Origin: Obrimoposthia wandeli
Lineage: Eukaryota
Length of the DNA stretch: 64,000 nucleotides
Assembly (NCBI GenBank): GCA_977020255.1
Contig: CDROCS010000122.1
Span: forward strand, 124,001 to 188,000
Direction of reading: 5' to 3'
The translations under genes were made by a program, and so were the position numbers. Position 1 is the stretch's first letter; each line of letters opens with the position of its first letter. This document shows positions 50,869 through 61,152 of this stretch, piece by piece. Under the pieces are notes generated by a model that was given only the letters and a program-made list of their open reading frames with translations, was not told the origin of the DNA and made no database searches.

Positions 50869-52242
50869 TTACATCTGGGGCATCATGCTCATCATAGAGC
50901 CAAACTGACCTTGCATTTTTCCCATTGCAGAATCCATAGCCATAAATTGATCATGCGTGCGCTGTTGTACACTATCCATTCGACGATCTAACTTTGTTTG
51001 ATCCGAATTTAAACGCATAACCTGATCATTTAAACTGTTTTCCCGACCTTTGATACTGCCAGTGATCCCAGTATGTGAGTGGATCAAATCTTCAACTCTA
51101 CGAGCAAAACCATTTCGACCACCAAAAAATTCCCCTACATCAGTGAAATTCTGATCAAGCTGTTTGTCCAGCATGTCATAGTCAACCTCTAGCCGCCCGC
51201 CAATAGTCGTGGTGATCCCTAATTCACTCAGGGTTTTAACCGACGCTGGCGCGCCATCAACGGGGGTCGAAAAAGCCGATCGCAGTTGGTTAGTCACAGA
51301 CCTGACAATGCTATCGCCGACCAACGGACCTTTTTCTTGAGTTTGCGTATCAAACTTAGCGAGTTCCAGGCTGACATCAAAAAACTGATTATAAGCATTT
51401 ACAAACTGCTCAATAGCCCCGCCTACCTGATTGCGATCATAAGTCACATCAACAATGGCATGGGGCGTCTCCAGACCATCCGTTAACTGAACCAAATTCA
51501 GATCGACCCCTTTAATCGCATCTTCAATCACATTCGCACTGCTGGTGACCACCGCTAACCCATCTATCAGCACTTTTGCATCTTTCGCTTGTTGCATCTC
51601 AGTCATGGAGTTAACGTCTTGATTTTTGTTAAAACCGAACTTTTGCAACGTGCTGGAGGAAGGCGCATCAACTTTAACCTTGATACTGTTCTGCTCACCC
51701 GTTTTATCGGATGCTAATACTAAACGCGCGCCCACATCGTCTTTAATGATTGAAGCCATCACCCCGGGGTTAGAAGGGTGTCGGTTGATCAGGCGAACAA
51801 CATCAAGAATTTTGCTTTCATCCTCTGGGATATCAACGGTAAATTGCGAACCAGCTAACCCCATAGCAAGTTTACCGGCACCCAATTTCTCTTTTTCATC
51901 AAAAGAGCTTGAAACAATTTTATGAGATTGGGCGAGTTGCTGAACGTTAACCGTATATTTACCAGGAATGGCTTCGGATGAGGCAATGGCGGTTAAAACA
52001 TCACTGTTATTAGAGCTCGCCAGTCGCGCAGATAATGTATCATCACGACGAAACTCTGACGCCAAATTTTTCATGGTGTCTAGCGAACCTTTCAGCCGCC
52101 CATACGCACTGAGGCTGACATCAACCTGATCTCGCTGCTGATTAATACGCGCTTCTTTTGGAACTCGCTCAGATTCCACGATCTTATTAACCATGCCGTT
52201 AATATCAAAGCCTGATGCGGTGGCCGCTGCGCCTATGTTCAT
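50869..52242 (-). CDS. fliD: Filament cap protein HAP2
   Basis: SAYGRLKGSL, VQQLAQSHK and QFMAMDSAM. Confidence 0.95.
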   Translation of the reverse strand: MNIGAAATASGFDINGMVNKIVESERVPKEARINQQRDQVDVSLSAYGRLKGSLDTMKNLASEFRRDDTLSARLASSNNSDVLTAIASSEAIPGKYTVNVQQLAQSHKIVSSSFDEKEKLGAGKLAMGLAGSQFTVDIPEDESKILDVVRLINRHPSNPGVMASIIKDDVGARLVLASDKTGEQNSIKVKVDAPSSSTLQKFGFNKNQDVNSMTEMQQAKDAKVLIDGLAVVTSSANVIEDAIKGVDLNLVQLTDGLETPHAIVDVTYDRNQVGGAIEQFVNAYNQFFDVSLELAKFDTQTQEKGPLVGDSIVRSVTNQLRSAFSTPVDGAPASVKTLSELGITTTIGGRLEVDYDMLDKQLDQNFTDVGEFFGGRNGFARRVEDLIHSHTGITGSIKGRENSLNDQVMRLNSDQTKLDRRMDSVQQRTHDQFMAMDSAMGKMQGQFGSMMSMMPQM

Positions 52243-52266
52243 TAACTACCTCAAATGATACCAGAA

Positions 52267-52707
52267 TTACACTTTCGTCGTGACCAGCCCACCAGAATGC
52301 GCTGCTATCTGCCGAGAGAACTCTAACATATCTTCATCAGGGATCTGCCGAACCACATCGCCACTACGTTTGTCATAGATAGTAACAACATCACGACCTG
52401 ATTCTTCATCGATACGAAATGCGAGCCCTTTATTCAATGTGCCTACAAACTCTTCTATTTTCTCAACCATTTTCTCAAGCTGTTCACGTTGCATCTCACT
52501 GTGCTTTTCCAGCACAGCAGAATGCTCTACGCGACGAATATCCGTTTTGCCTTTATCACTGCTGTGATCAATATTAGCTTGATTTATAGGTTTGGAGACT
52601 GACGGCAAGCCCTGAGAATCATCTGAAATACTAGCAACATTTGTGCCGCTTATTGATAACGGTGAGGGCTGAGATGAGTTTGATACAGATTTCATATCCA
52701 TAATCAT
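52267..52707 (-). CDS. flaG: FlaG family protein
   Basis: LAFRIDEESGRDVVTIYD...RQIPDE. Confidence 0.92.
   Translation of the reverse strand: MIMDMKSVSNSSQPSPLSISGTNVASISDDSQGLPSVSKPINQANIDHSSDKGKTDIRRVEHSAVLEKHSEMQREQLEKMVEKIEEFVGTLNKGLAFRIDEESGRDVVTIYDKRSGDVVRQIPDEDMLEFSRQIAAHSGGLVTTKV
52634..52648 (-). promoter_or_regulatory. sigma54 promoter embedded in flaG, predicted to drive fliD-flaI-fliS
   Basis: Minus strand CGGCAC-AAATG-TTGC. Confidence 0.6.
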
Positions 52708-52740
52708 TCACCTTCTTCATTTTCTGTAAACTGCATATAG

Positions 52741-52774
52741 AAAAAAGCGGCAAGGGAATACCCTTGCCGCTTTT
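52741..52774 (-). terminator. Terminator after flagellin 2
   Basis: AAAAGCGGCAAGGG-AATA-CCCTTGCCGCTTTT. Confidence 0.85.
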
Positions 52775-52781
52775 AGTGGAA

Positions 52782-53948
52782 TTAACCTAGTAAGCTTAGT
52801 GCAGCTTGTGGTGCTTGTTTTGCTTGCGCAAGAATTGACGTAGAAGCCTGAGAAAGAATCTGGTTCTTGGTCATATTCGTTGTTTCTTTCGCGAAATCAG
52901 TATCACGAATACGGCTGTTAGAGGCAGAAACATTTTCGTTAGCGTTATTTAAGTTATTAATGGTGTGGTTCAGACGGTTCTGAGAAGCACCTAACTGAGA
53001 ACGCTCTGAATCCACATACTTCATTGCAGAATCAAGGGTCGCAACGGCTTTTTGTGCGCCGCCAACAGTACTGACATCGATGCCTGCCACTTTTTCTGTA
53101 CTAGCCGTACCAACTGCTAAGTCGACTGCTCCAGCTTCAGGTACACCTGTTGTAGCATTCTTCAAGCCTGCGGTTACCAGGCTGCCGGCTGTCACTGCCA
53201 CAGCGCCATCATCAGAGACAAGTTGAAGCTGACCCTTTTCGGTTATCGATGCATTAACTTGATCAGTCTGACCATTGATACGAGTAGCAATCTCTTCAAT
53301 GTCGTCACCACCTTTTAAGGCAACTGTATGCTCTACATCTGCACCATCAACTTTTATGGTGAATTTAATATCCGTATCAGCTGCCAGTGTTTCTATACTG
53401 CTCATACCCGCAGTTACGGTAAAGGCTTCAGCACCCATGCCTTCAGAGTCAGCACGAGTATTATTAATCGTCATCTGTACCGCTTCACCAGAATCGGCAC
53501 CAACTTGGAACGAACGTGTATTGAAAGTACCATTTAGCAACTTAGTACCACCAAAAGACGTGGTTTCTGCGATTCGGTTCAACTCATCGCTCATGGCAGT
53601 CATTTCGCCCTGAATCGAATCACGGTCTTCTTGTGAGTTTGCGCCGTTCGATGCTTGTAGAGACAAGTCACGCATACGCTGTAGAATACTGGTGGTTTCT
53701 TGCATCGAACCTTCAGCAGTCTGCGCCATAGAGATACCATCGTTGGCGTTACGTACGGCAACGTCTAAGCCACGGCTCTGAGTCATCAAACGGTTCGAGA
53801 TTTGTAGACCAGCGGCATCATCTTTCGCACTGTTGATCTTGCTACCCGTAGACAAGCGCTCCATTGATTTACCTGTAGCTTCGGTTGCCTGGCCAAGGTA
53901 ACGCTGAGCGGTCATCGCAGAAACGTTAGTATTTACTGTAACTGCCAT
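52782..53948 (-). CDS. Polar flagellin 2 (sigma28-dependent)
   Basis: [22 protein letters not shown] and SRIRDTDFA; species-specific fla name not assigned. Confidence 0.97.
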   Translation of the reverse strand: MAVTVNTNVSAMTAQRYLGQATEATGKSMERLSTGSKINSAKDDAAGLQISNRLMTQSRGLDVAVRNANDGISMAQTAEGSMQETTSILQRMRDLSLQASNGANSQEDRDSIQGEMTAMSDELNRIAETTSFGGTKLLNGTFNTRSFQVGADSGEAVQMTINNTRADSEGMGAEAFTVTAGMSSIETLAADTDIKFTIKVDGADVEHTVALKGGDDIEEIATRINGQTDQVNASITEKGQLQLVSDDGAVAVTAGSLVTAGLKNATTGVPEAGAVDLAVGTASTEKVAGIDVSTVGGAQKAVATLDSAMKYVDSERSQLGASQNRLNHTINNLNNANENVSASNSRIRDTDFAKETTNMTKNQILSQASTSILAQAKQAPQAALSLLG

Positions 53949-54025
53949 AATTGTATCTCCTTAATTATTTTTAATGGCTTAACCAGCCCAGCCGGCAAGA
54001 CCTCTATAATCTTTATTCAAGAGTT

Positions 54026-54052
54026 GTAACGGCATGGAATAGAAAACCTTTA
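54026..54052 (-). promoter_or_regulatory. sigma28 promoter of flagellin 2
   Basis: Minus strand TAAAG-N14-GCCGTTAC. Confidence 0.8.
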
Positions 54053-54138
54053 AGCTTTTTTTAATTTTTTTTACAAAAGAGACAAAAGTGTGACTCAGAA
54101 AGGTTTAATGATGGATAGTAAGGGGATTATCAGGCAAT

Positions 54139-54172
54139 AAAAAACGGCAAGAGGTTGCCTCTTACCGTTTTT
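54139..54172 (-). terminator. Terminator after flagellin 1
   Basis: AAAAACGGCAAGAGG-TTG-CCTCTTACCGTTTTT. Confidence 0.8.
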
Positions 54173-54205
54173 AAAAGCTAAAACTGAACAATTTTACTGC
54201 CGTGT

Positions 54206-54265
54206 TTATTGCAGCCATGTTTACTGTAGCAATATTTACTGTAGCCATGTTTACTGTAGCAATGT
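54206..54265. repeat. 15 bp tandem repeat x4 copying the last 4 codons and stop of flagellin 1
   Basis: Minus strand ACATTGCTACAGTAA / ACATGGCTACAGTAA / ATATTGCTACAGTAA / ACATGGCTGCAATAA. Confidence 0.88.
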
Positions 54266-55420
54266 GAGTGCAGCCTGTGGAATCTGTTTCGCTTGAGCCA
54301 AGATTGACGTACTTGCTTGCTGTAGAATCTGGCTTTTTGTCATTTCAGTCGATTCTTTGGCGAAGTCCGTATCACGGATGCGGCTGTTCGAGGTCGATAC
54401 ATTTTCAGCAGTATTGGCCAGATTATTGATGGTATGACCTAAACGGTTCTGTTTTGCACCTAAGTCTGCACGCTGAGAGTCAATATACTTCAGGGCTGCA
54501 TCAATAACACCCACGGATTTTTGTGCACCACCAACCGTACCAACGTCGATATCCTGTACCGTCGTATCTGTACTGACGGCACCGGAAGCAAGAATATCTG
54601 TAGCAGCACTCGCTGGGTCATTCTTATCCGCCAACCCCTTAGTCAAGACGGTATCTGCAGTTATTTTAATTTCTTGATCTTGAGCAAAAAGTTGTAATTC
54701 GCCATTTTCAGTAACAGATGCAGCAACTTTCTCTGTTTGACCATTAATGCGGGTTGCAACTTCCTCTATATCATCACCTTCAGCTAAATCGATAGTGACA
54801 AGGTTTTCCGGCTTAGTCGCATCACCAACATGGAAAGCAATTTTGTTATTAGCACCCGTTTTCCAATCTGCCGTCGCTTGACCTTTACCACCAAGTATCT
54901 CACCGCCCATATCTTTATGATCCGCACGAACACTGGTCAGGCCCATGATGATCGCTTCACCAGAATCGGCACCAATCTGGAAGGCGGCTTCACCAAACGT
55001 ACCGTTCAGTAACTTACGGCCACCGAATGCTGTTGTTTCGGCAATACGATTCAGCTCGTCCTGCAACGCAGTGACTTCACCCTGAATTGCCTCGCGATCT
55101 TCATTTGAGTTGGCACCGTTCGCTGACTGCAATGACAGATCTCGCATACGCTGCAAAATACTGGTTGATTCTTGTAATGCGCCTTCTGCCGTTTGGGCAA
55201 TCGAAATACCATCATTGGCATTACGTATGGCGACGTTCAAACCACGAGTCTGAGCAACCAAACGGTTTGAAATTTGTAGGCCAGCTGCATCATCTTTTGC
55301 GCTGTTGATCTTACTACCTGTCGATAGACGTTCCATTGATTGACTAAGATCGTTAGATGCTTTATTCAGGTAACGCTGCGCAGTCATGGCAGACACGTTG
55401 GTGTTTACAGTTACAGCCAT
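54251..55420 (-). CDS. Polar flagellin 1 (sigma54-dependent, V. cholerae FlaA-like position)
   Basis: Conserved flagellin termini; lies after flgL and has a sigma54 promoter. Confidence 0.97.
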   Translation of the reverse strand: MAVTVNTNVSAMTAQRYLNKASNDLSQSMERLSTGSKINSAKDDAAGLQISNRLVAQTRGLNVAIRNANDGISIAQTAEGALQESTSILQRMRDLSLQSANGANSNEDREAIQGEVTALQDELNRIAETTAFGGRKLLNGTFGEAAFQIGADSGEAIIMGLTSVRADHKDMGGEILGGKGQATADWKTGANNKIAFHVGDATKPENLVTIDLAEGDDIEEVATRINGQTEKVAASVTENGELQLFAQDQEIKITADTVLTKGLADKNDPASAATDILASGAVSTDTTVQDIDVGTVGGAQKSVGVIDAALKYIDSQRADLGAKQNRLGHTINNLANTAENVSTSNSRIRDTDFAKESTEMTKSQILQQASTSILAQAKQIPQAALTLLQ

Positions 55421-55550
55421 TTTGCTCTCCTTTGACTTTTCACTCTTAGGTGAAACAGACTACCCGCAACGTCAATCTTTCAGACAGTGAAGTGGGACCA
55501 GCCATATTAAGTTATTTAATGGGTAATTTTTTGCCACTAGTCCATTTAAA

Positions 55551-55565
55551 GCAAACTGTATGCCA
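55551..55565 (-). promoter_or_regulatory. sigma54 promoter of flagellin 1
   Basis: Minus strand TGGCAT-ACAGT-TTGC. Confidence 0.8.
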
Positions 55566-55653
55566 ACAATTAACATTACGGTGTTAAACGTACGTAATTC
55601 AAAAATATTTAGTTAAATCTAACGTCATCAAGATGGGTTTATACCCCTTCCCT

Positions 55654-56844
55654 TTAAATATAATTAAATAAATTCAGGTCTTTTGTTTTCGCAAACGCTT
55701 GCTGTGATGCTTGCAATGCCGTCATATTTTGGTTCAGCTCAATCACTGCGGTAGCGTAATCAAGATCTTCTAATGTGCCGCGTGCTTCATTCATTACAAT
55801 TTTAAAATCTTGGTGCATATCTTCTTGGCGATCTAACGTTTGCAGTCGAGTACCCACTTCCGATCTTGCTCGGTTAATGTGCTTAAACCCTTGCGATAAT
55901 TCTTCAGCAACCTGATGCAACTCCGCTGTTGCAGACGCGTCAGAAACATCGCTGTCTGATAGCTCGATACCGCGCTTAAAAGCATCAAAGACACTGACAT
56001 TCTCTTGTCTGTTTAACGAGATACTATCGCCATTTTTTATTTCCCCTTTAAGATCAATCTGTAAAGTATTCCATTGAATACCTTTATGAGGATCAAAAGG
56101 TGCAGTGCTAACTAACGCCCCGTCTTGATATAGTTCATATGACGTACTACCCGACGATGTTGAAAAATCGACACGGTATTTTGATTGGTCGGCATCATTG
56201 CCATTTTTCGCTTGTGAAAGCAGTAATAACGAACCACTTTCTAGCGCATAATCAGGCTGGTAGTCGCCAAAGGGGTTCGCAACTTCAAGGAAAAGTTTGT
56301 CACCTGCATCATTGATTGCCACATCAACCGACGGGGAAATTTTTGCCATTCGTTGATAACTATCACCGACATAAGCTACCTCGCCATTGTTATCACGGAA
56401 AAAAGGCTGTTGACTATATTGCGTACCCGCGAAAACATAGTTGCCAGATTCATCACGCGTGTTAACCACATTCATAAATGAATCAAATGCCCCCTGCATA
56501 TCTTGCTTATGCGCCACACGATCATCGCCAGATAATGAACCGTTCACCATCATCATGGATCTACGTTTAGCATCATCAAGTAGATTTTCGACTTCAGTGA
56601 TTGCCGCTTCTTCATTATTTAGGCGATTTCTTGCCATGGTAATGCTTTTTACTGATTGGTCGATCTGGGTGTTTTGCTGATCAAAATTCTGGATATAGAT
56701 AGACGCAACAGGATCATCCCCCGCCGTTAATAAGCGCTTACCAGAAGCTAATTGCTGCTGGTTTTCTTGCACTTTTATTTGCTGGCGATTCATATCATTA
56801 GATACAGAGTTATAATGATGGAAATTTGCAATACGACTAATCAT
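55654..56844 (-). CDS. flgL: Hook-associated protein 3
   Basis: QQLASGKRLL, GNYVFAG and EDLDYATA. Confidence 0.95.
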   Translation of the reverse strand: MISRIANFHHYNSVSNDMNRQQIKVQENQQQLASGKRLLTAGDDPVASIYIQNFDQQNTQIDQSVKSITMARNRLNNEEAAITEVENLLDDAKRRSMMMVNGSLSGDDRVAHKQDMQGAFDSFMNVVNTRDESGNYVFAGTQYSQQPFFRDNNGEVAYVGDSYQRMAKISPSVDVAINDAGDKLFLEVANPFGDYQPDYALESGSLLLLSQAKNGNDADQSKYRVDFSTSSGSTSYELYQDGALVSTAPFDPHKGIQWNTLQIDLKGEIKNGDSISLNRQENVSVFDAFKRGIELSDSDVSDASATAELHQVAEELSQGFKHINRARSEVGTRLQTLDRQEDMHQDFKIVMNEARGTLEDLDYATAVIELNQNMTALQASQQAFAKTKDLNLFNYI

Positions 56845-56856
56845 GGCTGTTCGTTC

Positions 56857-58737
56857 CTATCGTATATTTAACAAAGTATCGAAGGTTTCAGTCGCAACAG
56901 ACATGATGCGCGACGATGCCATATACGCTTGTTGAAACTTCATCATATTGGCTGCTTCCTCATCCATGTTTACGCCAGCAATTTCAGCCACTCGACTTTG
57001 TGCGGCATCTTTTTCAACTAAGCCCACTTCTTTTAATCGTGAAGCCGATGCTTTTTGTACACCCATTTCAGTATTCAGCCCTTCATACACATCAATCACA
57101 CTAGAACGTCCATCGTTCATGATTTTCTGATCTTGAAGATCTTGCATTTTAATAAGGTTGCCATTGTCGCCATCAGATGCATTAAGGTTAACGGCAAAGA
57201 CATCGCCCCCCATTGCACCTGACGATAAGGTAAAACGTGTCCCCCCCACATTTACCTCACCACTAGGTGGGTATACTTGCGGAGCCTGCAAAATATTGCC
57301 TTTCATATCGAGTACGGCAAACTGGCTTGCATCAGGCGACACGGCAACCTGAAACTCATTTGGGCCGCCCGCTGCGTTAATTGCTAAATCTGCATTGCCG
57401 TTCACTTTAGTCGCAGAGCTTAAAAAATTTTGCGCCGCAATTTTTGCCGGATCATCCAATAATGCTTTAATGTTACCCGCACCATCGCGCGTTGGGCGAA
57501 TAGCAATACGCTCACCAATGCCTATCGGTGAATCCATCTGAATACGTAATCCATCAACAGAAAATGCTGCTGGGTTACCGCTGGGTACAACGCTCTGACG
57601 TGATCCATCAGGTGAAGTTAACGTGTGTTGGCTACCATCAAACGTGAGCCCATATTCGCCCACTTTTAGCTGGTTAATGTCTTCAATATACACTTTTAAA
57701 TCAGCAGTCGATCCAGTAGGAATACGAGCACGTGCGGCGGCAGATGCAGGGTCATTCACATCATGAAATAGGTTGCCACCGACATCACCGTTTAAATCTA
57801 ACCCTTGCGATTGCAATTCATTAACCGAATCAGAAAAACCGATAGCAATACGCCCCATTTCATCCATCGCTTGAGACAGGGTTTCATCACGATATTGAAA
57901 TAAAGCTGCCAGCTTGCCGCCAATATCGTCGTTACGAATCGGTTTTAAAGCTTTGCCCTCAACAATCGCTAACTGGGTTTGCTGTGGATCGGGCTTACCA
58001 TTGATCATGCGTAATTCACTAGATTCAGTACCCGATACCAAGGTATGCCCACTGCCAATCATGACGTTGAAGGTTTCATTATTTTTTGGGGCTACCGTCA
58101 CTTTGGTGTATTGGGATAACTCATTAATCAAGTTTTGATGGCGATCCATCAGGTCATTATCAGCCCCTGAAGCCGGTGTTTTAATGAGTGCTTTGTGCAC
58201 TTCTACCAGTTCACGACCAATGTCATTCACCCGATTTAATGCACCTGACAGCACTTCATTCGTTTCATTTTTTTGCTTCGCTAATGTGCCATAACTGTCA
58301 TTTAATCCCGATGCCACCAGCTTGGCTTTTTCTATCACAACTTTACGTGAACCCAAATCATTCGGGCTATCGGCCATCGCTTTTACTGCGTCATACCACT
58401 GATTCATATCTTCAGGGATTTTCTTAGAACTGTTGGCTAGCATATTATCTAGTCGTCCTAATTGCCCTTCTCGTTCAGTTGCATAACTTAAATTCGTAGT
58501 GGTTATATTTAATTCATTAGTGGCAAATTGATCGTAGCCACGGCGAACTTCTGCCGCATGCACACCCGTACCATGTTGGCTACCGCCCGACCAAATGGGA
58601 TCATTGGTTTGCTGCACCACAGACTGACGGCTATACCCTTCGGTATTAACATTATTAATGTTATGGCTGGTCGTATTGAGCTGTCGCTGTGCAGTCAATA
58701 AACCTTGAGAGCCCATATTGAGCAAATCAAATGCCAT
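56857..58737 (-). CDS. flgK: Hook-associated protein 1
   Basis: NVNTEGYSRQ and GVNMDEEAANMMKFQQAY. Confidence 0.97.
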   Translation of the reverse strand: MAFDLLNMGSQGLLTAQRQLNTTSHNINNVNTEGYSRQSVVQQTNDPIWSGGSQHGTGVHAAEVRRGYDQFATNELNITTTNLSYATEREGQLGRLDNMLANSSKKIPEDMNQWYDAVKAMADSPNDLGSRKVVIEKAKLVASGLNDSYGTLAKQKNETNEVLSGALNRVNDIGRELVEVHKALIKTPASGADNDLMDRHQNLINELSQYTKVTVAPKNNETFNVMIGSGHTLVSGTESSELRMINGKPDPQQTQLAIVEGKALKPIRNDDIGGKLAALFQYRDETLSQAMDEMGRIAIGFSDSVNELQSQGLDLNGDVGGNLFHDVNDPASAAARARIPTGSTADLKVYIEDINQLKVGEYGLTFDGSQHTLTSPDGSRQSVVPSGNPAAFSVDGLRIQMDSPIGIGERIAIRPTRDGAGNIKALLDDPAKIAAQNFLSSATKVNGNADLAINAAGGPNEFQVAVSPDASQFAVLDMKGNILQAPQVYPPSGEVNVGGTRFTLSSGAMGGDVFAVNLNASDGDNGNLIKMQDLQDQKIMNDGRSSVIDVYEGLNTEMGVQKASASRLKEVGLVEKDAAQSRVAEIAGVNMDEEAANMMKFQQAYMASSRIMSVATETFDTLLNIR

Positions 58738-58792
58738 TACGCCTCCAGTTAGTCATAAAGTTCATAGAATCAAATAATTAACAAAGTTAGAT

Positions 58793-58807
58793 GCAATATT
58801 CATTCCA
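58793..58807 (-). promoter_or_regulatory. sigma54 promoter of flgKL
   Basis: Minus strand TGGAAT-GAATA-TTGC. Confidence 0.75.
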
Positions 58808-58965
58808 ACTCTGAAATTAATATAACTGTATGATTTTATTATATTTTTAAGTTTAACAAGCAAGAGAAAAGTAAGAAGAGGCAAAGGCTTGCCTGACAAA
58901 GATTTAAGAAGGGAATAATGTAAAAAGCCGGGATCTAGCCACACAGATAGTAGTGGCTATTCGTA

Positions 58966-59919
58966 TTACTTCATCAACGACTTAACGGTATCCATCACAC
59001 TCAATACTTTTTCAGTATATTTAGGGTCCGTCGCGTAACCGGCATTATGGATATTACGAATAAATTGTGATGGCTCTTTCGAGCTTTCAAGTGCTTTAGA
59101 ATAACGCGGGTTATCATTTAAAAAACGCACATAATCATTAAAGCTGTCTTGGTAGTTATCATAAGAGCGGAACGCAGCTTTTTCTTGTACTGCAATACCT
59201 TTATGAAATTCAAGTGTATTAGTTGCGACTTTATTGCCAGACCAACGGGGATCGGCTTTGATATTAAAAAGATTATTACTTGAACCCGCTGCATTTTTTA
59301 TGACTTTTTTGCCCCAGCCCGTTTCTAAGGCTGCTTGTGCAATTAACACGGAAGGATCGGTGCCAATCGCCTTGGCTGCCTTTTCAGCATACGGACGCAT
59401 GCGTGCAACAAAATCTTTTGGCGTATCGAAGGTTTCAACTGAACGTGCCATTGGCGCCTTGGCTGTATTCAATGTACTTGCTTGCATGGCTTTTAATGCA
59501 TTATCCGTCGCTTGGTTAATCACATTTTGATCAGGTTGCTTGTTGTTTGGATTAACGGGTAAACGTAATGTTGTGTCGGTCATTACTGTACGAATTGCAT
59601 TTTCAGAGACTTTATCTTCTTCAGTACCGAGTTGCTGAACAATAAGATCAGCAAGCCCTAATGACCCTGTCGAACTCAACTCGCTGGCAAGTTGCTCGTC
59701 ATGCATTTGTTCAAAGAATTTTGAATTACTATTGCTGGTTAAATCAGATTCGAATGCTTCATTCGCCTGACGCATCGATTTAAAGAGCATCTGGGTGAAA
59801 ATAGCCTCAAACTGCTGAGCTGCAGCGCGTAACGATCCGCTTTCATCATCACCAATGCCCGCTCTAAGGCGGTCAAGGCTAGATATATCATGTACAAAAC
59901 CAGGATCGATACTTTTCAT
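58966..59919 (-). CDS. flgJ: Rod cap / peptidoglycan muramidase
   Basis: QQFEAIF rod-binding domain plus AQAALETGWG, NLFNIKA and GYATDP. Confidence 0.96.
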   Translation of the reverse strand: MKSIDPGFVHDISSLDRLRAGIGDDESGSLRAAAQQFEAIFTQMLFKSMRQANEAFESDLTSNSNSKFFEQMHDEQLASELSSTGSLGLADLIVQQLGTEEDKVSENAIRTVMTDTTLRLPVNPNNKQPDQNVINQATDNALKAMQASTLNTAKAPMARSVETFDTPKDFVARMRPYAEKAAKAIGTDPSVLIAQAALETGWGKKVIKNAAGSSNNLFNIKADPRWSGNKVATNTLEFHKGIAVQEKAAFRSYDNYQDSFNDYVRFLNDNPRYSKALESSKEPSQFIRNIHNAGYATDPKYTEKVLSVMDTVKSLMK

Positions 59920-60004
59920 TGTGTGAGTTCTTTACCGTAAATTCAGTGTAGTGACGAATAACATTAGCGTGATATCGAGGTGGCTTAAATAACCTCAGCA
60001 GAAG

Positions 60005-61096
60005 TTAGATAATAATGAGCTGCCCTTCAATCGCACCCGCTTGTTTTAACGCTTGTAAGATAGCCATTAAATCTGATGGCGCAGCCCCAACTTGGTTAAC
60101 TGCACGTACTAACTCATCAAGTGTAATGCCCGGTTCAAACTTAAACATGCGTGAGTCTTTCTCTGTAACGTCAATTTCAGAGTTCGGTACAACAACCGTT
60201 TCCCCCCCTGAAAAAGGCGCAGGCTGACTCACTTGGTAATTCTCTTTGATTGAAACCGTCATACCACCGTGCGTAATCGCCGCAGGTTTTAATTTCACAT
60301 TCTGACCGATCACTATGGTGCCAGTACGTGAATTAACGATGATTTTTGCCGCCCCAACACCAGGGTCAAATTCGATATTCTCTACGGTAGCAAGGAAGGC
60401 AACACGTTGACTCACATCTCTGGGCGCGCGTACTCGCACTGACGTTGCATCGATCGCCGCAGCCATTTGAGGACCAAGAAATTCATTCACCGAATCAGCC
60501 ATACTCTGTGCTGTCGAAAAATCTGAATCAAATAAGTTAAAAGTAAGAAAGTCTCCTCGCCCAAAAGGATTCGGGACTTCTTGTTCAACCATAGCACCAT
60601 TACTAATGCGCCCTACAGTTGGAATGTTACCGACGAGCTTTGAGCCATCTGCCCCAGTAACACTGAAGCCGCCCACCACTAAACTGCCTTGTGCTACCGC
60701 ATATACTTTACCGTCTAAACCCTTTAAAAATGTTTGCAATAACGTACCACCACGCAAACTTTTCGCAGAGCCAATAGACGAAACAGTGATATCAATACTT
60801 TGACCTTGCTTAGTAAACGCGGGCAATGTGGCATTGACCGCCACCGCAGCAACATTTTTTGTTTTGGGTTTCGTGCCAGCAGGTAATTGGATACCAAAAT
60901 TTTGCAACATGGCATTAAAGCTTTGATCAGTAAATGGTGTCGTTTCACCCGTACCAGGCAAACCGACAACGAGGCCATAGCCCACTAATTGGTTACTACG
61001 TACCCCAGCAACTTCTGATACATCCTTAATTCGAGCAGCTTGCAGCGGCAACGCTAGCAGTAACATAAGGCTGATACAACAGGTACGTAATTTCAC
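60005..61096 (-). CDS. flgI: P-ring protein
   Basis: [17 protein letters not shown] and [10 protein letters not shown]. Confidence 0.97.
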   Translation of the reverse strand: MKLRTCCISLMLLLALPLQAARIKDVSEVAGVRSNQLVGYGLVVGLPGTGETTPFTDQSFNAMLQNFGIQLPAGTKPKTKNVAAVAVNATLPAFTKQGQSIDITVSSIGSAKSLRGGTLLQTFLKGLDGKVYAVAQGSLVVGGFSVTGADGSKLVGNIPTVGRISNGAMVEQEVPNPFGRGDFLTFNLFDSDFSTAQSMADSVNEFLGPQMAAAIDATSVRVRAPRDVSQRVAFLATVENIEFDPGVGAAKIIVNSRTGTIVIGQNVKLKPAAITHGGMTVSIKENYQVSQPAPFSGGETVVVPNSEIDVTEKDSRMFKFEPGITLDELVRAVNQVGAAPSDLMAILQALKQAGAIEGQLIII

Positions 61097-61152
61097 TCTA
61101 CTGCTCCGGGTTACTCATTAATCACAAACGGGGTATCTACTATTTTTTACTG

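Noticed and set aside
34088-54265. Short tandem arrays as CRISPR
   Set aside because: Units are 15-18 bp, head-to-tail without spacers, and there are no cas genes.
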